This document shows positions 53,810 to 61,967 of a stretch of 64,000 bases of DNA, piece after piece. The stretch lies in assembly GCA_029288775.1 (NCBI GenBank), contig JARIGQ010000004.1:3303-67302 (forward strand), read 5' to 3'. Made by a program: the position numbers and the translations under genes. The notes under the pieces were generated by a model. The model did no database searches. It worked only from the letters and a program-made list of their open reading frames with translations, and was not told where the DNA came from. The DNA comes from Candidatus Nomurabacteria bacterium (GTDB taxonomy: Bacteria > Patescibacteriota > Minisyncoccia > Phycocordibacterales > UBA5272). Within the stretch, counting starts at the first letter, position 1, and each line of letters begins with the position of its first letter.

Positions 53810-53889
53810 AGGGATAAGATGTGGAAACAGAAGAGCACCTTAAGAGGTGCTCTTCTGTTTTGGTTGAGGAATTGGAGCTCGGACTAGTT

Positions 53890-54633
53890 TTAAGAAATAA
53901 GAAGGTCTCGGATAAAATCAGCAGTTTCTTGGACATTCTTAACTGCGTGGGTTTGTACCGGAACACGAAAGACAGCAGCATCATTACCTCCTTCAAAGAG
54001 TGCGTCGCCTACATAGACACATGATTCTATTGGTTGTTCCAGGCGATTGGCGAATTGTTGAACTGCGTAAGCTTTATCGATGCCGATTTTAGTGATATCA
54101 ATTGTAGTCATTCCTCCCAACCGAAGACAAAAGCCAGGCAGTTGAGGGGTTGCGCGAGCAACGAGCATTTGTCGTATCTTTTGATCCGGGTCGAATGTTT
54201 TTTTTGCTTCAAGTGGAGCTTCTTGACCCAAGAGCGAAATAGCTATTGAAGATGTGCGGTCTTCGATTTGGTTGCCAAAGAGCGCGTGCCCTTCTGTTAC
54301 TTCTTTGACAAGAGGTTCGAAGACTTCCGTGATGTGTTTTTTTTCTTCATCGCTTAATTCCATGACATACAAGTCTTTCCAAGTATTGTCTTCGTATAAT
54401 AAAGCGCGTGCGCCTGAAGTAGGAAAAAGGGTAAGGTTACTAAGGAGAGTAGAAGGTGGAAGATGAGCGACAATTTGTGACTTCATTTGTTCTATTCCTG
54501 CCCCGGATACCAAAGCAACAGGGAGACGATTTATAAGTCCACCAAGAAGCGTAGCCATTTCAAATGAAAGTGCTTGTTTGCTTTCAGTTAGAGTTCCATC
54601 TATGTCAAACAATATACCAGATAGCTTATTCAT
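53890..54633 (-). CDS. HAD-IIB hydrolase, phosphomannomutase (eukaryotic PMM-like)
   Basis: FDIDGTL, VSG, IEDR, GGMTTIDIT..GIDK, YVGDAL.EGGND. Confidence 0.8.
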   Translation of the reverse strand: MNKLSGILFDIDGTLTESKQALSFEMATLLGGLINRLPVALVSGAGIEQMKSQIVAHLPPSTLLSNLTLFPTSGARALLYEDNTWKDLYVMELSDEEKKHITEVFEPLVKEVTEGHALFGNQIEDRTSSIAISLLGQEAPLEAKKTFDPDQKIRQMLVARATPQLPGFCLRLGGMTTIDITKIGIDKAYAVQQFANRLEQPIESCVYVGDALFEGGNDAAVFRVPVQTHAVKNVQETADFIRDLLIS

Positions 54634-54639
54634 GGACGG

Positions 54640-56571
54640 TTACTTAGCAGGCACAGGCTGCAGGCGGTTCATAAGCAGGGAAAGGGAGCAAGTGGCAACA
54701 TGGACTACCTTGTCTCCTCCGCCGTAATAGATAAACAACGTATCGTCTTGAAGCACTGCTCCGCATGGAAATACTACGTGAGGAATAATGCCCTCATGTT
54801 CATAGGCTGTATGTGGGAACATAATTGGCTCTATGCCTCGTCCTATGAGAACTGTGGGATCATGTGTATCCATAAGCGCAGCACCCAATGAGTATGTCCC
54901 ATCTTCTGAAATGCCGTGATAAAGGAGAAGCCATCCGGCTGATGTGTGGAGTGGAGGACTAGCAAGTCCTATTTTGCGGGAATCCCAAAACCCAGGACGG
55001 GGTTGCAGGACATCGATACATTTTGAGAGTTGTATATTCTCTAAAGGTTCTATGGATGGCACCGTATCGGCGCATAGTTGTCCGTTGATACGATGCAGGA
55101 ATACATACTCTCCTTTAACTGTTTCCGAGACCAGACATGCATCCTTGTCGCTTATTCCTGGCGGGCTAATAAGGTGCGGAGTATGCCACTTTTCCCACGC
55201 ACGATCGAGAAAGTCGGTTTTACTAATGGAAGTAATAGCTACCCGAGGTTCATCGACCCCATTGTACGCGGTGTAGAGCATATAAAGGGTATTGTCGATG
55301 CAGGTAATACGAGGATCTTCGCATCCGGAAAATGTGTTATCTCCCGCCTTTTTCATTTCAAAAGATTCTCGTGGTAGATAGATAGGGTCGGGAAGTCGCT
55401 CAGAAACCGTGTATCCATCCTGAGAAACAGCAAGGCCAACTACAGAGGTATTGTCACTCCCCATGGCTCGATAGAGGATATAGGTTGTGTCATCAATCTT
55501 AATCGCGGCAGGGTTAAATACTGCTACATTCTGCCACTTTGATCGAAGGAGGGGCTTAAGTATTGGTCCGCGAGGGGCGCGCGTGACAAGCTCCTCCTCT
55601 CTCATGCTTGTAAGAAGATGTGAGAGAACGAGGTTTGCTTTTGCACATACGGTGTCTCCAGCGCCATAGAAGATACTTAGTACGTCGGTTGTTTCATTAT
55701 AGATAAGACCCGAAGGAAATACTACATCTCGTACAAGACCGAATCGTTCATAAGCGGCTTCCGGTACAAGGATGGGGTTACGTGTACGGTATACGATCTT
55801 GAGAGGATTCACTTTATCGAGAACTACAGCTTCGATGGTAAACAATCTTTTTTCCGGAGTGAAATAGTGTTGGGCGCGAGAGTAAATGAGAAGCCATCCG
55901 TCTTTGGTAAGTAATGGCGGGGCACCAACTTCATTGTGATCATCGGAAGTTTTTGAGAGTATTAGCTTTTGCGATTGAAGATTGGCATGCCAGGTTGTCC
56001 AATAGTCTTCCGTAAAGAATTCTTCAATGGAGTCTGCTTGGGCTATAGCGGTTACGGCAGGGGGTTCGTCCGTGTGTGCTGTAAGGATGAGTGTTACTTT
56101 TCCCTCTATACGTTCAGGAAACAAAGTCATTGCCTTGGCGTTAAAAGGCGTGACAAGGTGTCGAGACTCAATCGTAATAAGGTCGCTTGATATGGCACAT
56201 GCGGCTTTGATGGTAGAGGGACCGAATGGAACACCTGAAATGGCTGTATAGAATATATAGTACTTCCCTTCAAAGTAGGTGACTCGCGGATCCTCACATG
56301 CGTACATATCGTATGATTCATTTCCCTCAAAAAGAATTCTTTCCTCTGCAAACGTTCCATCCGGTTGCTCCTTAGCAATGCCAATACACGATCGGGGTGC
56401 ATCATTTGATACCAAAGGATCAGGCCTTCCGATGGCGCGGTAGACAAGATAAGTGGCACCGTCTTTTTGTATAGGACAGCCATTTAAGGCTGCAACTGCT
56501 TGACGGGGGTCATGAGGAGAGGGCAGGAGAAGTGGATTTTTTTGCGAACGGGTAACTGTATACATATACAA
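54640..56571 (-). CDS. Tandem double GH130-like glycosidase/mannoside phosphorylase
   Basis: Two beta-propeller units, each with [LF]N[GP]..., YRA, CEDPR[VI]T, GWLL.Y, V..VVFP.G, [FY]YG..D. Confidence 0.85.
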   Translation of the reverse strand: MYMYTVTRSQKNPLLLPSPHDPRQAVAALNGCPIQKDGATYLVYRAIGRPDPLVSNDAPRSCIGIAKEQPDGTFAEERILFEGNESYDMYACEDPRVTYFEGKYYIFYTAISGVPFGPSTIKAACAISSDLITIESRHLVTPFNAKAMTLFPERIEGKVTLILTAHTDEPPAVTAIAQADSIEEFFTEDYWTTWHANLQSQKLILSKTSDDHNEVGAPPLLTKDGWLLIYSRAQHYFTPEKRLFTIEAVVLDKVNPLKIVYRTRNPILVPEAAYERFGLVRDVVFPSGLIYNETTDVLSIFYGAGDTVCAKANLVLSHLLTSMREEELVTRAPRGPILKPLLRSKWQNVAVFNPAAIKIDDTTYILYRAMGSDNTSVVGLAVSQDGYTVSERLPDPIYLPRESFEMKKAGDNTFSGCEDPRITCIDNTLYMLYTAYNGVDEPRVAITSISKTDFLDRAWEKWHTPHLISPPGISDKDACLVSETVKGEYVFLHRINGQLCADTVPSIEPLENIQLSKCIDVLQPRPGFWDSRKIGLASPPLHTSAGWLLLYHGISEDGTYSLGAALMDTHDPTVLIGRGIEPIMFPHTAYEHEGIIPHVVFPCGAVLQDDTLFIYYGGGDKVVHVATCSLSLLMNRLQPVPAK

Positions 56572-56577
56572 TGAAGT

Positions 56578-57717
56578 TTATCCTGTTTTAGTAAGAAGTT
56601 CATGTAACAACTCCTTCTCTTCTAAGTGGGCGACACATACACGTTTATCTCCTCCACCATAATAGAGAAAGATTCTATCGCCTTGTTTTACTGCCCCGCA
56701 CACATACACGATTCCTGGTTTACCGTCATTTTCATACCATTCATTTGGTTCCAGAAGGGGGAATTGTAATCGTGCCAACACGCGATATGGTTCTTGTAAG
56801 TCCAAAAGAAGAACACCTACTTTGTACTTATGTGGTTCAGCATGGGTGTTTGCATGGTAGAACAGAAGCCATCCCTTTTCTGTTTTAAGGGGAGGTGCCC
56901 CTGGACCCCGCATTCGAGTATCCCATGTTGCATCTGTCGTAGATTCGCGAGGGCCGACGGGACTTTGCACAAACGGCTGAGAGAATCCAAACCCTTCAAG
57001 GTTCTCTCGAAGCTCGATTTCTATTTTAGGGGAAATGCTATGAAGAATACCGTACTTGCCTTGTATTTTTTCTGGAAATAGTACCCAGTTTTTATGTATT
57101 TCTCCCGGAGGAGAAATGAGCTGGGGACGCTTCCATGTCCATTTCTTTTCGAGAAAATCCTTTTCGCTGATTGATGTAAGTCCAATCCGTATGAAGTCCC
57201 ACCCATCAAAGGCACTGTAGGTAAGATAGATAGTGTCGTCAATCTTTGTAATGCGTGGATCTTCACAGCCTCCCCAACTCCCTCCTGAAGGGTAAAGTGT
57301 AGGGTTATATGCTCGAAGATAGGGCGGAATAAATCGGTCAATAATGGAAGAATACACGGGGTAGGGAAGCGTACCGTCAATACGTACTCCATCTTTTGAG
57401 GATGCATATCCCAGGCGTGACACTCCATCTTTTCCGATGGCACGATACAAAAGGTGGGTTGTGTCTCCTATGCGAATTGCTCCGGGATTAAATACACCTT
57501 CGCACTCCCAGTCAAGGTGAAAACGTCCCTCATGTATCGGGTTGTGATATCCCTTTTGTATAAGGATTGATTTGGAGCCCTCTCTTTTCTCATCGGGACG
57601 AACATATTTTTTCCATAACACATAGAGGAGTACAAGAACAATGATTCCAAGTGTTTGAACAGCAAGCGGCGATTCCAGTAGTGTATCTGGAAGAGACGAA
57701 GATGTGGACGATATCAT
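56578..57717 (-). CDS. GH130-like glycosidase/phosphorylase with an N-terminal TM anchor
   Basis: TM segment; FNPGA, YRA, GCEDPRIT, KNWVLFPEKI, GWLLFYH, YYGGGD. Confidence 0.85.
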   Translation of the reverse strand: MISSTSSSLPDTLLESPLAVQTLGIIVLVLLYVLWKKYVRPDEKREGSKSILIQKGYHNPIHEGRFHLDWECEGVFNPGAIRIGDTTHLLYRAIGKDGVSRLGYASSKDGVRIDGTLPYPVYSSIIDRFIPPYLRAYNPTLYPSGGSWGGCEDPRITKIDDTIYLTYSAFDGWDFIRIGLTSISEKDFLEKKWTWKRPQLISPPGEIHKNWVLFPEKIQGKYGILHSISPKIEIELRENLEGFGFSQPFVQSPVGPRESTTDATWDTRMRGPGAPPLKTEKGWLLFYHANTHAEPHKYKVGVLLLDLQEPYRVLARLQFPLLEPNEWYENDGKPGIVYVCGAVKQGDRIFLYYGGGDKRVCVAHLEEKELLHELLTKTG

Positions 57718-58103
57718 GATTGCTGAGGCGTATGTGCGCGTGTTGGTCTATTATATTTGTCTTCCAATCGCTCTATGTCTTCTTCATTAAACATACCAAT
57801 GGCAATTTCCAAAAAAACCACAGGATCAGAATCGGCTTGTATGCGATGAAGGGTGCCTCGTGGAACTTCGTAATACTTTCCCACCTCAAGAGGGCTTGAG
57901 GAAGTGTCCAAAGTAATAGTTCCTGTGCCTGAGATAATCTTCCAGTATTCGTCGCGATTTTCATGGCGTTGCAGGCTGAAGGCTTCACCCGGTAATACTG
58001 TAATAATTTTTACCGTACTTGGCTCATTGAGAGTAAAACGCTCGAATGTTCCCCATGGCCGTTCTTCTGTTTTGTGTGCAATAAGGTGAGGGTGAGGATC
58101 CAT
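57714..58103 (-). CDS. Mannose-6-phosphate isomerase, type II cupin domain
   Basis: ERPWG.F, VKIITV.PGE..SLQRH..RDEYW, HRI, FLEI..G...EEDIERLEDKY.R. Confidence 0.88.
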   Translation of the reverse strand: MDPHPHLIAHKTEERPWGTFERFTLNEPSTVKIITVLPGEAFSLQRHENRDEYWKIISGTGTITLDTSSSPLEVGKYYEVPRGTLHRIQADSDPVVFLEIAIGMFNEEDIERLEDKYNRPTRAHTPQQS

Positions 58104-58206
58104 AGAGAGGGTTTTGCTTAATGTACTTTCAGTATATAGACAAAAAGACATTATTTGGTGTTGAAAACCTGCTGCTTACAACCTTTTTACTCTATCAGCA
58201 CATGTA

Positions 58207-58241
58207 AAATAGGCTCCCCTTGCTAGAAGGGGAGCCTATTT
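58207..58241 (-). terminator. Terminator after the GlsB-family gene
   Basis: AAATAGGCTCCCCTT-gctag-AAGGGGAGCCTATTT. Confidence 0.8.
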
Positions 58242-58256
58242 GTTAAACGAACTTAT

Positions 58257-58505
58257 TTATCTCCTGATCGCGCGAACGATTGCAATAAGTACACAGGCAC
58301 CGATGAGCGCAACTATGAAACTGTAAAGATTGAACCCTGTCGTGCCGGACTGGCCGAAGAAACTCATGATCCAGCCACCAATGACTGCACCGACAATACC
58401 AACGATGATATTGAGGAGGGGGCCTTGTTCGGCGTCAGTCTTCATAATGATTGAAGCGATCCATCCCACAAGAGCACCGAAGATGATCCATAGAAGTATT
58501 CCCAT
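58257..58505 (-). CDS. GlsB/YeaQ/YmgE family stress-response membrane protein
   Basis: WIIFGALVGWIAS.IM...NIIVGIVGAVIGG...IGAC.LI. Confidence 0.93.
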   Translation of the reverse strand: MGILLWIIFGALVGWIASIIMKTDAEQGPLLNIIVGIVGAVIGGWIMSFFGQSGTTGFNLYSFIVALIGACVLIAIVRAIRR

Positions 58506-58569
58506 AGTAGTATAGATTAGTTAATGTAATGTCCAGGGTCGCGTAAGCGCAACTCTGTCTATGTATGGT

Positions 58570-58594
58570 GACGCTTTGGGAAAAAGAATCTTAC
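58570..58594 (-). promoter_or_regulatory. ECF-type promoter GTAAGA-N15-CGTC
   Basis: Shared motif upstream of the GlsB-family gene. Confidence 0.7.
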
Positions 58595-58633
58595 TTTGAG
58601 AGCGCTTGAAAAGACTAGTATTTAAAGGATTAT

Positions 58634-58963
58634 CTAGAAGCTCTCCTGGTTCTCCTCATCTCCCATTTGGGTAAATTCATCCAAGTTCACCAAGGAATCC
58701 ATTTTGTCATCTACTTCTTCCAGCTCCATCTCATCTTCTGATTTTTTGGGTGTGCCATCATCAAAGGGTACGCCGAGGAGTTCTTCTCTTAGTTCTCCGG
58801 GAGAATGATATTCTTTTTCTGGTAGAAGGGCTATTGCTTCGCGGACATTATCAGGCAATGGGAAATCCAATGATTCTTGGACAAGTCCATCGCGATCGAT
58901 AGGAAAAGGAACGTTTTCAAAAAAATCATCCAAGTGGTTAATGATGCTTCTATCCATATGCAT
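58634..58963 (-). CDS. DUF2795-like acidic protein
   Basis: V.FP.DRD.LV......P..V..AI..LPEKEY.SP.EL; start at 58963 or 58957. Confidence 0.7.
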   Translation of the reverse strand: MHMDRSIINHLDDFFENVPFPIDRDGLVQESLDFPLPDNVREAIALLPEKEYHSPGELREELLGVPFDDGTPKKSEDEMELEEVDDKMDSLVNLDEFTQMGDEENQESF

Positions 58964-58967
58964 CCTA

Positions 58968-58993
58968 GACGGAAGGAGATTTATTCTCTTACA
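58968..58993 (-). promoter_or_regulatory. ECF-type promoter TGTAAGA-N15-CGTC
   Basis: Shared motif immediately upstream of the DUF2795-like start. Confidence 0.72.
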
Positions 58994-59027
58994 AAAAAGC
59001 GCCCATCGGGCGCTTTCTAAGTACAGG

Positions 59028-59735
59028 TTAAGCAATGTGAGGTCCTGAAGTACTTTTAGATTTATGCATATGGTGGTCTTTAAGCATCTTGTAAACATAG
59101 GCGTATGCAATAAGGGAGAGAGGAACAGTAATCACCAGTCCCACGCCAAGAAGAAGGAGTCCTAGAAGATTTATAGCGGCTAAAATGAGATTGAATGCAA
59201 GGAGTTTAAGAAACATTCCTCTTGTACTGTTCCAGCTAGAAGTAAAGGAAGTCCGAACGTCTGCGCTACTGTCTATGATGGCATAGATGTAGAATTTGAG
59301 GCGTAAAGAAATGTAAAGCAGTGGCCATAGAGAAAGTATTCCCACACCAACCGCAAGCCATATATGATCTTCCGAAGAAGAAAAGAGTTTGAAAATAACG
59401 GCCGCGTCAATAACTCCAATGAGGGTAACAAGGAGGCCAATTATCACCATATAAAGGAGGGTACCTAGAAGGGATTTTATAAAAATGGTTTTATTGGTAA
59501 ACGGCAAAAGGAGGTCTTTCCATGCGGTAGGTTGTCCATCTACGATTCGAAGCGAAAGGCCTACAAGCCCAATCATGACTATTAATCCTACTAAGAGATG
59601 AAGAGGGGGGAAAGTGGGAATCGAGAGAAGAAAAAGTGAAACTAACGCCACTTGAAAGAGGAACCAGGAATGTTCTTTGGTTTTTTCCCATCCGAACGTT
59701 AGTGCGTGCTGTATTGAAAATGTATGTTGTGTCAT
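59028..59735 (-). CDS. Integral membrane protein (DUF975-like)
   Basis: About 5-6 TM segments; FSI..AL.FGW.KTK, SW..TRG..LKL, GL.ITVP. TGCTATACT lies 6 nt before the ATG. Confidence 0.75.
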   Translation of the reverse strand: MTQHTFSIQHALTFGWEKTKEHSWFLFQVALVSLFLLSIPTFPPLHLLVGLIVMIGLVGLSLRIVDGQPTAWKDLLLPFTNKTIFIKSLLGTLLYMVIIGLLVTLIGVIDAAVIFKLFSSSEDHIWLAVGVGILSLWPLLYISLRLKFYIYAIIDSSADVRTSFTSSWNSTRGMFLKLLAFNLILAAINLLGLLLLGVGLVITVPLSLIAYAYVYKMLKDHHMHKSKSTSGPHIA

Positions 59736-59761
59736 AAGCCTAGTATAGCAGGCCAATGATC

Positions 59762-60217
59762 CTAGTGAACATCTTCATGTTCAGCGTGAAAGCGCTCAAG
59801 TTCTTCGCTTAGGGTTGCCATATCTTCTCCGGCCACCTTTTCTTCCATGGAAGGTAAGAGTTCTTCCTCCTCCTCTAATACATGATGAGTAAAGGTTTCA
59901 TTCAAAACTTTTACACGTGCATCAAATTGAGGGTCCTCGGGATGGGTAACGCTTAATTCCTCTAAGAGGCGCCTAGCAATTCCATGTTCTGCCTTTGCTT
60001 CTTCTACCATCTTGCGTGCTTCTTCTTCAAAGGCTCGAGAAGCTAAAGGATAGACGAGTCGCTCTTCCATTTCCATATGCAAACGAAGGAGGCGAATAAG
60101 TTTTCGTACGGTTTTATTTTTAGTCTCATAGCCCAGCTCATCTATCTCTTCATATTGTTTAAAGAGAGCTTCAGCTTTTCTATGATCATTGAGGATAAAT
60201 TCGATGGGGTCATTCAT
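59762..60217 (-). CDS. Hemerythrin/HHE cation-binding protein
   Basis: DH, H.EMEE..VYP, EH, HHVLEEEEELLP; start at 60217 or 60238. Confidence 0.88.
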   Translation of the reverse strand: MNDPIEFILNDHRKAEALFKQYEEIDELGYETKNKTVRKLIRLLRLHMEMEERLVYPLASRAFEEEARKMVEEAKAEHGIARRLLEELSVTHPEDPQFDARVKVLNETFTHHVLEEEEELLPSMEEKVAGEDMATLSEELERFHAEHEDVH

Positions 60218-60269
60218 AGGGACGTAAGCATATTGCATACTAAGTGAAAGTATGGTGGTATGTCTACGT

Positions 60270-60332
60270 GACGGGGTATAGGTGCTTTGCCTTACCAAAG
60301 AAGAGATGTAATATTTCTCTCCCTGTAGCGTC
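60270..60332. promoter_or_regulatory. Back-to-back divergent ECF-type promoters
   Basis: Minus strand GTAAGG-N16-CGTC at 60295-60270; plus strand TGTAATA-N15-CGTC at 60307-60332. Confidence 0.7.
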
Positions 60333-60379
60333 ACCCTCGTCAGAAACGACACTTTTATCTTAATCGCTACACAACGCAT

Positions 60380-61033
60380 ATGACGGAAAGATCAGTTCGA
60401 GCTATTATTATAGGAATTATTGTCCTTGTCCTTTTAGTTGGAGGGTTTTTGTATTATTCCAAGCATCAGCCAGCCGGTCTTATTACTAGCTTTACAGAGT
60501 GTGAAGCCGCCGGGTATCAAATTGTCACTACTGCTCCGCCTGAATGTGTCACTCCCGACGGAAAAGTATTTGTAGACACATCCGTTACAGAACCGTTTCC
60601 TACTTCCACAGAAGGAGCCGGAGGAGTTTCTTCTGTAGGTTCAGGGAAAACTGGCACAGGAAGTAGCACTGCCACTTCTTCTGCTACCACAACAATTACC
60701 GATCGTATTCGGGTATCGAGTGTGAGTGCAAATCAAGTGGTAAAAAGTCCCCTAATCGTCTCTGGTCAGGCACGCGGATCGTGGTATTTTGAAGCAGCAT
60801 TTCCTGTGGAGCTCTTGGACGGTATGGGAAAGCGTATTGCTCTTATCTCGGCTCATGCTGAAGGTGATTGGATGACAACCAATTTTGTTCCGTTTTCGGC
60901 AACACTTTCTTTTGCAAAGCCAGCCACCGCTACAGGGACACTTGTTCTACGCAATGACAACCCCAGTGGTTTGCCTCAGAACGCGCTTGAGCTCCGTATA
61001 CCTGTGCGCTTTGCGACCTCTACTTCCCAATAA
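60380..61033 (+). CDS. Membrane-anchored Gmad2 Ig-like domain protein
   Basis: TM segment; ITSFTEC.AAGY.....P.EC.TPDGKVF; SPL.VSG.ARG.WYFEA.FPV.LLD...DNPSGLP. Confidence 0.85.
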   Translation: MTERSVRAIIIGIIVLVLLVGGFLYYSKHQPAGLITSFTECEAAGYQIVTTAPPECVTPDGKVFVDTSVTEPFPTSTEGAGGVSSVGSGKTGTGSSTATSSATTTITDRIRVSSVSANQVVKSPLIVSGQARGSWYFEAAFPVELLDGMGKRIALISAHAEGDWMTTNFVPFSATLSFAKPATATGTLVLRNDNPSGLPQNALELRIPVRFATSTSQ

Positions 61034-61093
61034 TGTATGTCACGAGATACCTTTTCTAACTGTTATTTTCTACTATAGCCCTGCATCGCCCTT

Positions 61094-61594
61094 ATGGATC
61101 ACCTTACTGGAAAACTTAAACAAGCATATGACGAATATTCCGACGCAATATTTCGCTATTGTTGCTTTAAGGTTTCCGATCGCGAAAAAGCGATTGACCT
61201 CACTCAGGATGTTTTCGTAAAAGTATGGCAATATCTTTTGGCAGGAAATGAGGTAGAGAATATGAAGGCGCTTCTTTATAAAGTGGCACGCAATCTCATC
61301 ATTGATGAATATCGCAAGAAAAAATTTGACTCTCTTGATACAATGTCCGAAGCAGGCTTTGAACCGACGGACAATGCTCAATTGGATACTATTTCTATAG
61401 TGGAAGCAGGACTTTTGGTGGAACGCATTAAGGAGCTTCCCGAAGCATATAGCGAAGTTGTTTTTATGCGGTATGTTGATGATCTTTCGGTAAAGGAAAT
61501 TGCAGAAGCTCTTGGTGAACAGGAAAACAACGTATCTGTCCGCATCCATCGCGGACTGCACAAGCTTAAAGTCAGCATTACCCAAACCTCATGA
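61094..61594 (+). CDS. ECF-type sigma-70 factor
   Basis: YD.Y.DAIFRYC...A.DLTQDVFVKVW...LY.VARN.IID.YRK; LP..Y.EV..MRY...LS.KEIA..LG...N.VSVRIHRG. Confidence 0.94.
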   Translation: MDHLTGKLKQAYDEYSDAIFRYCCFKVSDREKAIDLTQDVFVKVWQYLLAGNEVENMKALLYKVARNLIIDEYRKKKFDSLDTMSEAGFEPTDNAQLDTISIVEAGLLVERIKELPEAYSEVVFMRYVDDLSVKEIAEALGEQENNVSVRIHRGLHKLKVSITQTS

Positions 61595-61845
61595 ACGAAG
61601 AAGATAATTACACAATCAAGCGTCTCAGAAGTATGAAGATGACGGACGAAGAAAAAGCCGAAGTGTGGAACGGCGTGCTTCGTCGAGTGACGGATTATCC
61701 GCCAGGCGAATATCCCTTTGAAGGTAAGCCAAATACATGGGACGGCGTGCTTCGCCGCCGATCTGATTTTCCAGAAGGTGCATACCCTGAGCATTTAGCT
61801 AAGCGCAGCGTGCAAACCGACGACACCGAAGAAGCCCCATTGTAA
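61591..61845 (+). CDS. Small protein translationally coupled to the ECF sigma (candidate anti-sigma)
   Basis: ATGA overlap with the sigma stop; internal 24-aa repeat W.GVLRR..D.P.G.YP. Confidence 0.6.
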   Translation: MNEEDNYTIKRLRSMKMTDEEKAEVWNGVLRRVTDYPPGEYPFEGKPNTWDGVLRRRSDFPEGAYPEHLAKRSVQTDDTEEAPL

Positions 61846-61866
61846 GAAAGGCAACTATTTCGCGTC
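61841..61866 (+). promoter_or_regulatory. ECF-type promoter TGTAAGA-N15-CGTC
   Basis: Shared motif upstream of the 61968 and 62673 genes. Confidence 0.7.
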
Positions 61867-61967
61867 TCTATTGATAGGGTGGATGCACCCTTTATAAGCA
61901 TTCCGGGCCTGCTGTACACCTTACATGTATCAAAGGCCGGATACTGTGTCCCCTTATAAGTAACGTT

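Noticed and set aside
58160-58181. ECF promoter for the mannoside operon
   Set aside because: TGTAAGC is present on the minus strand, but no CGTC follows at 15-16 nt.
5591-58241. GC hairpins with AAAACCGC cores as a mobile REP family
   Set aside because: They sit at gene 3' ends with A/T tails and differ in stem sequence; ordinary intrinsic terminators explain them.
35-60379. Longest-ORF start codons from the ORF track (e.g. 35, 1324, 5586, 14952, 18157, 19027, 50674, 60379)
   Set aside because: These extensions run through promoter or terminator sequence. Downstream ATGs fit the family N-termini and the -10 spacing better.
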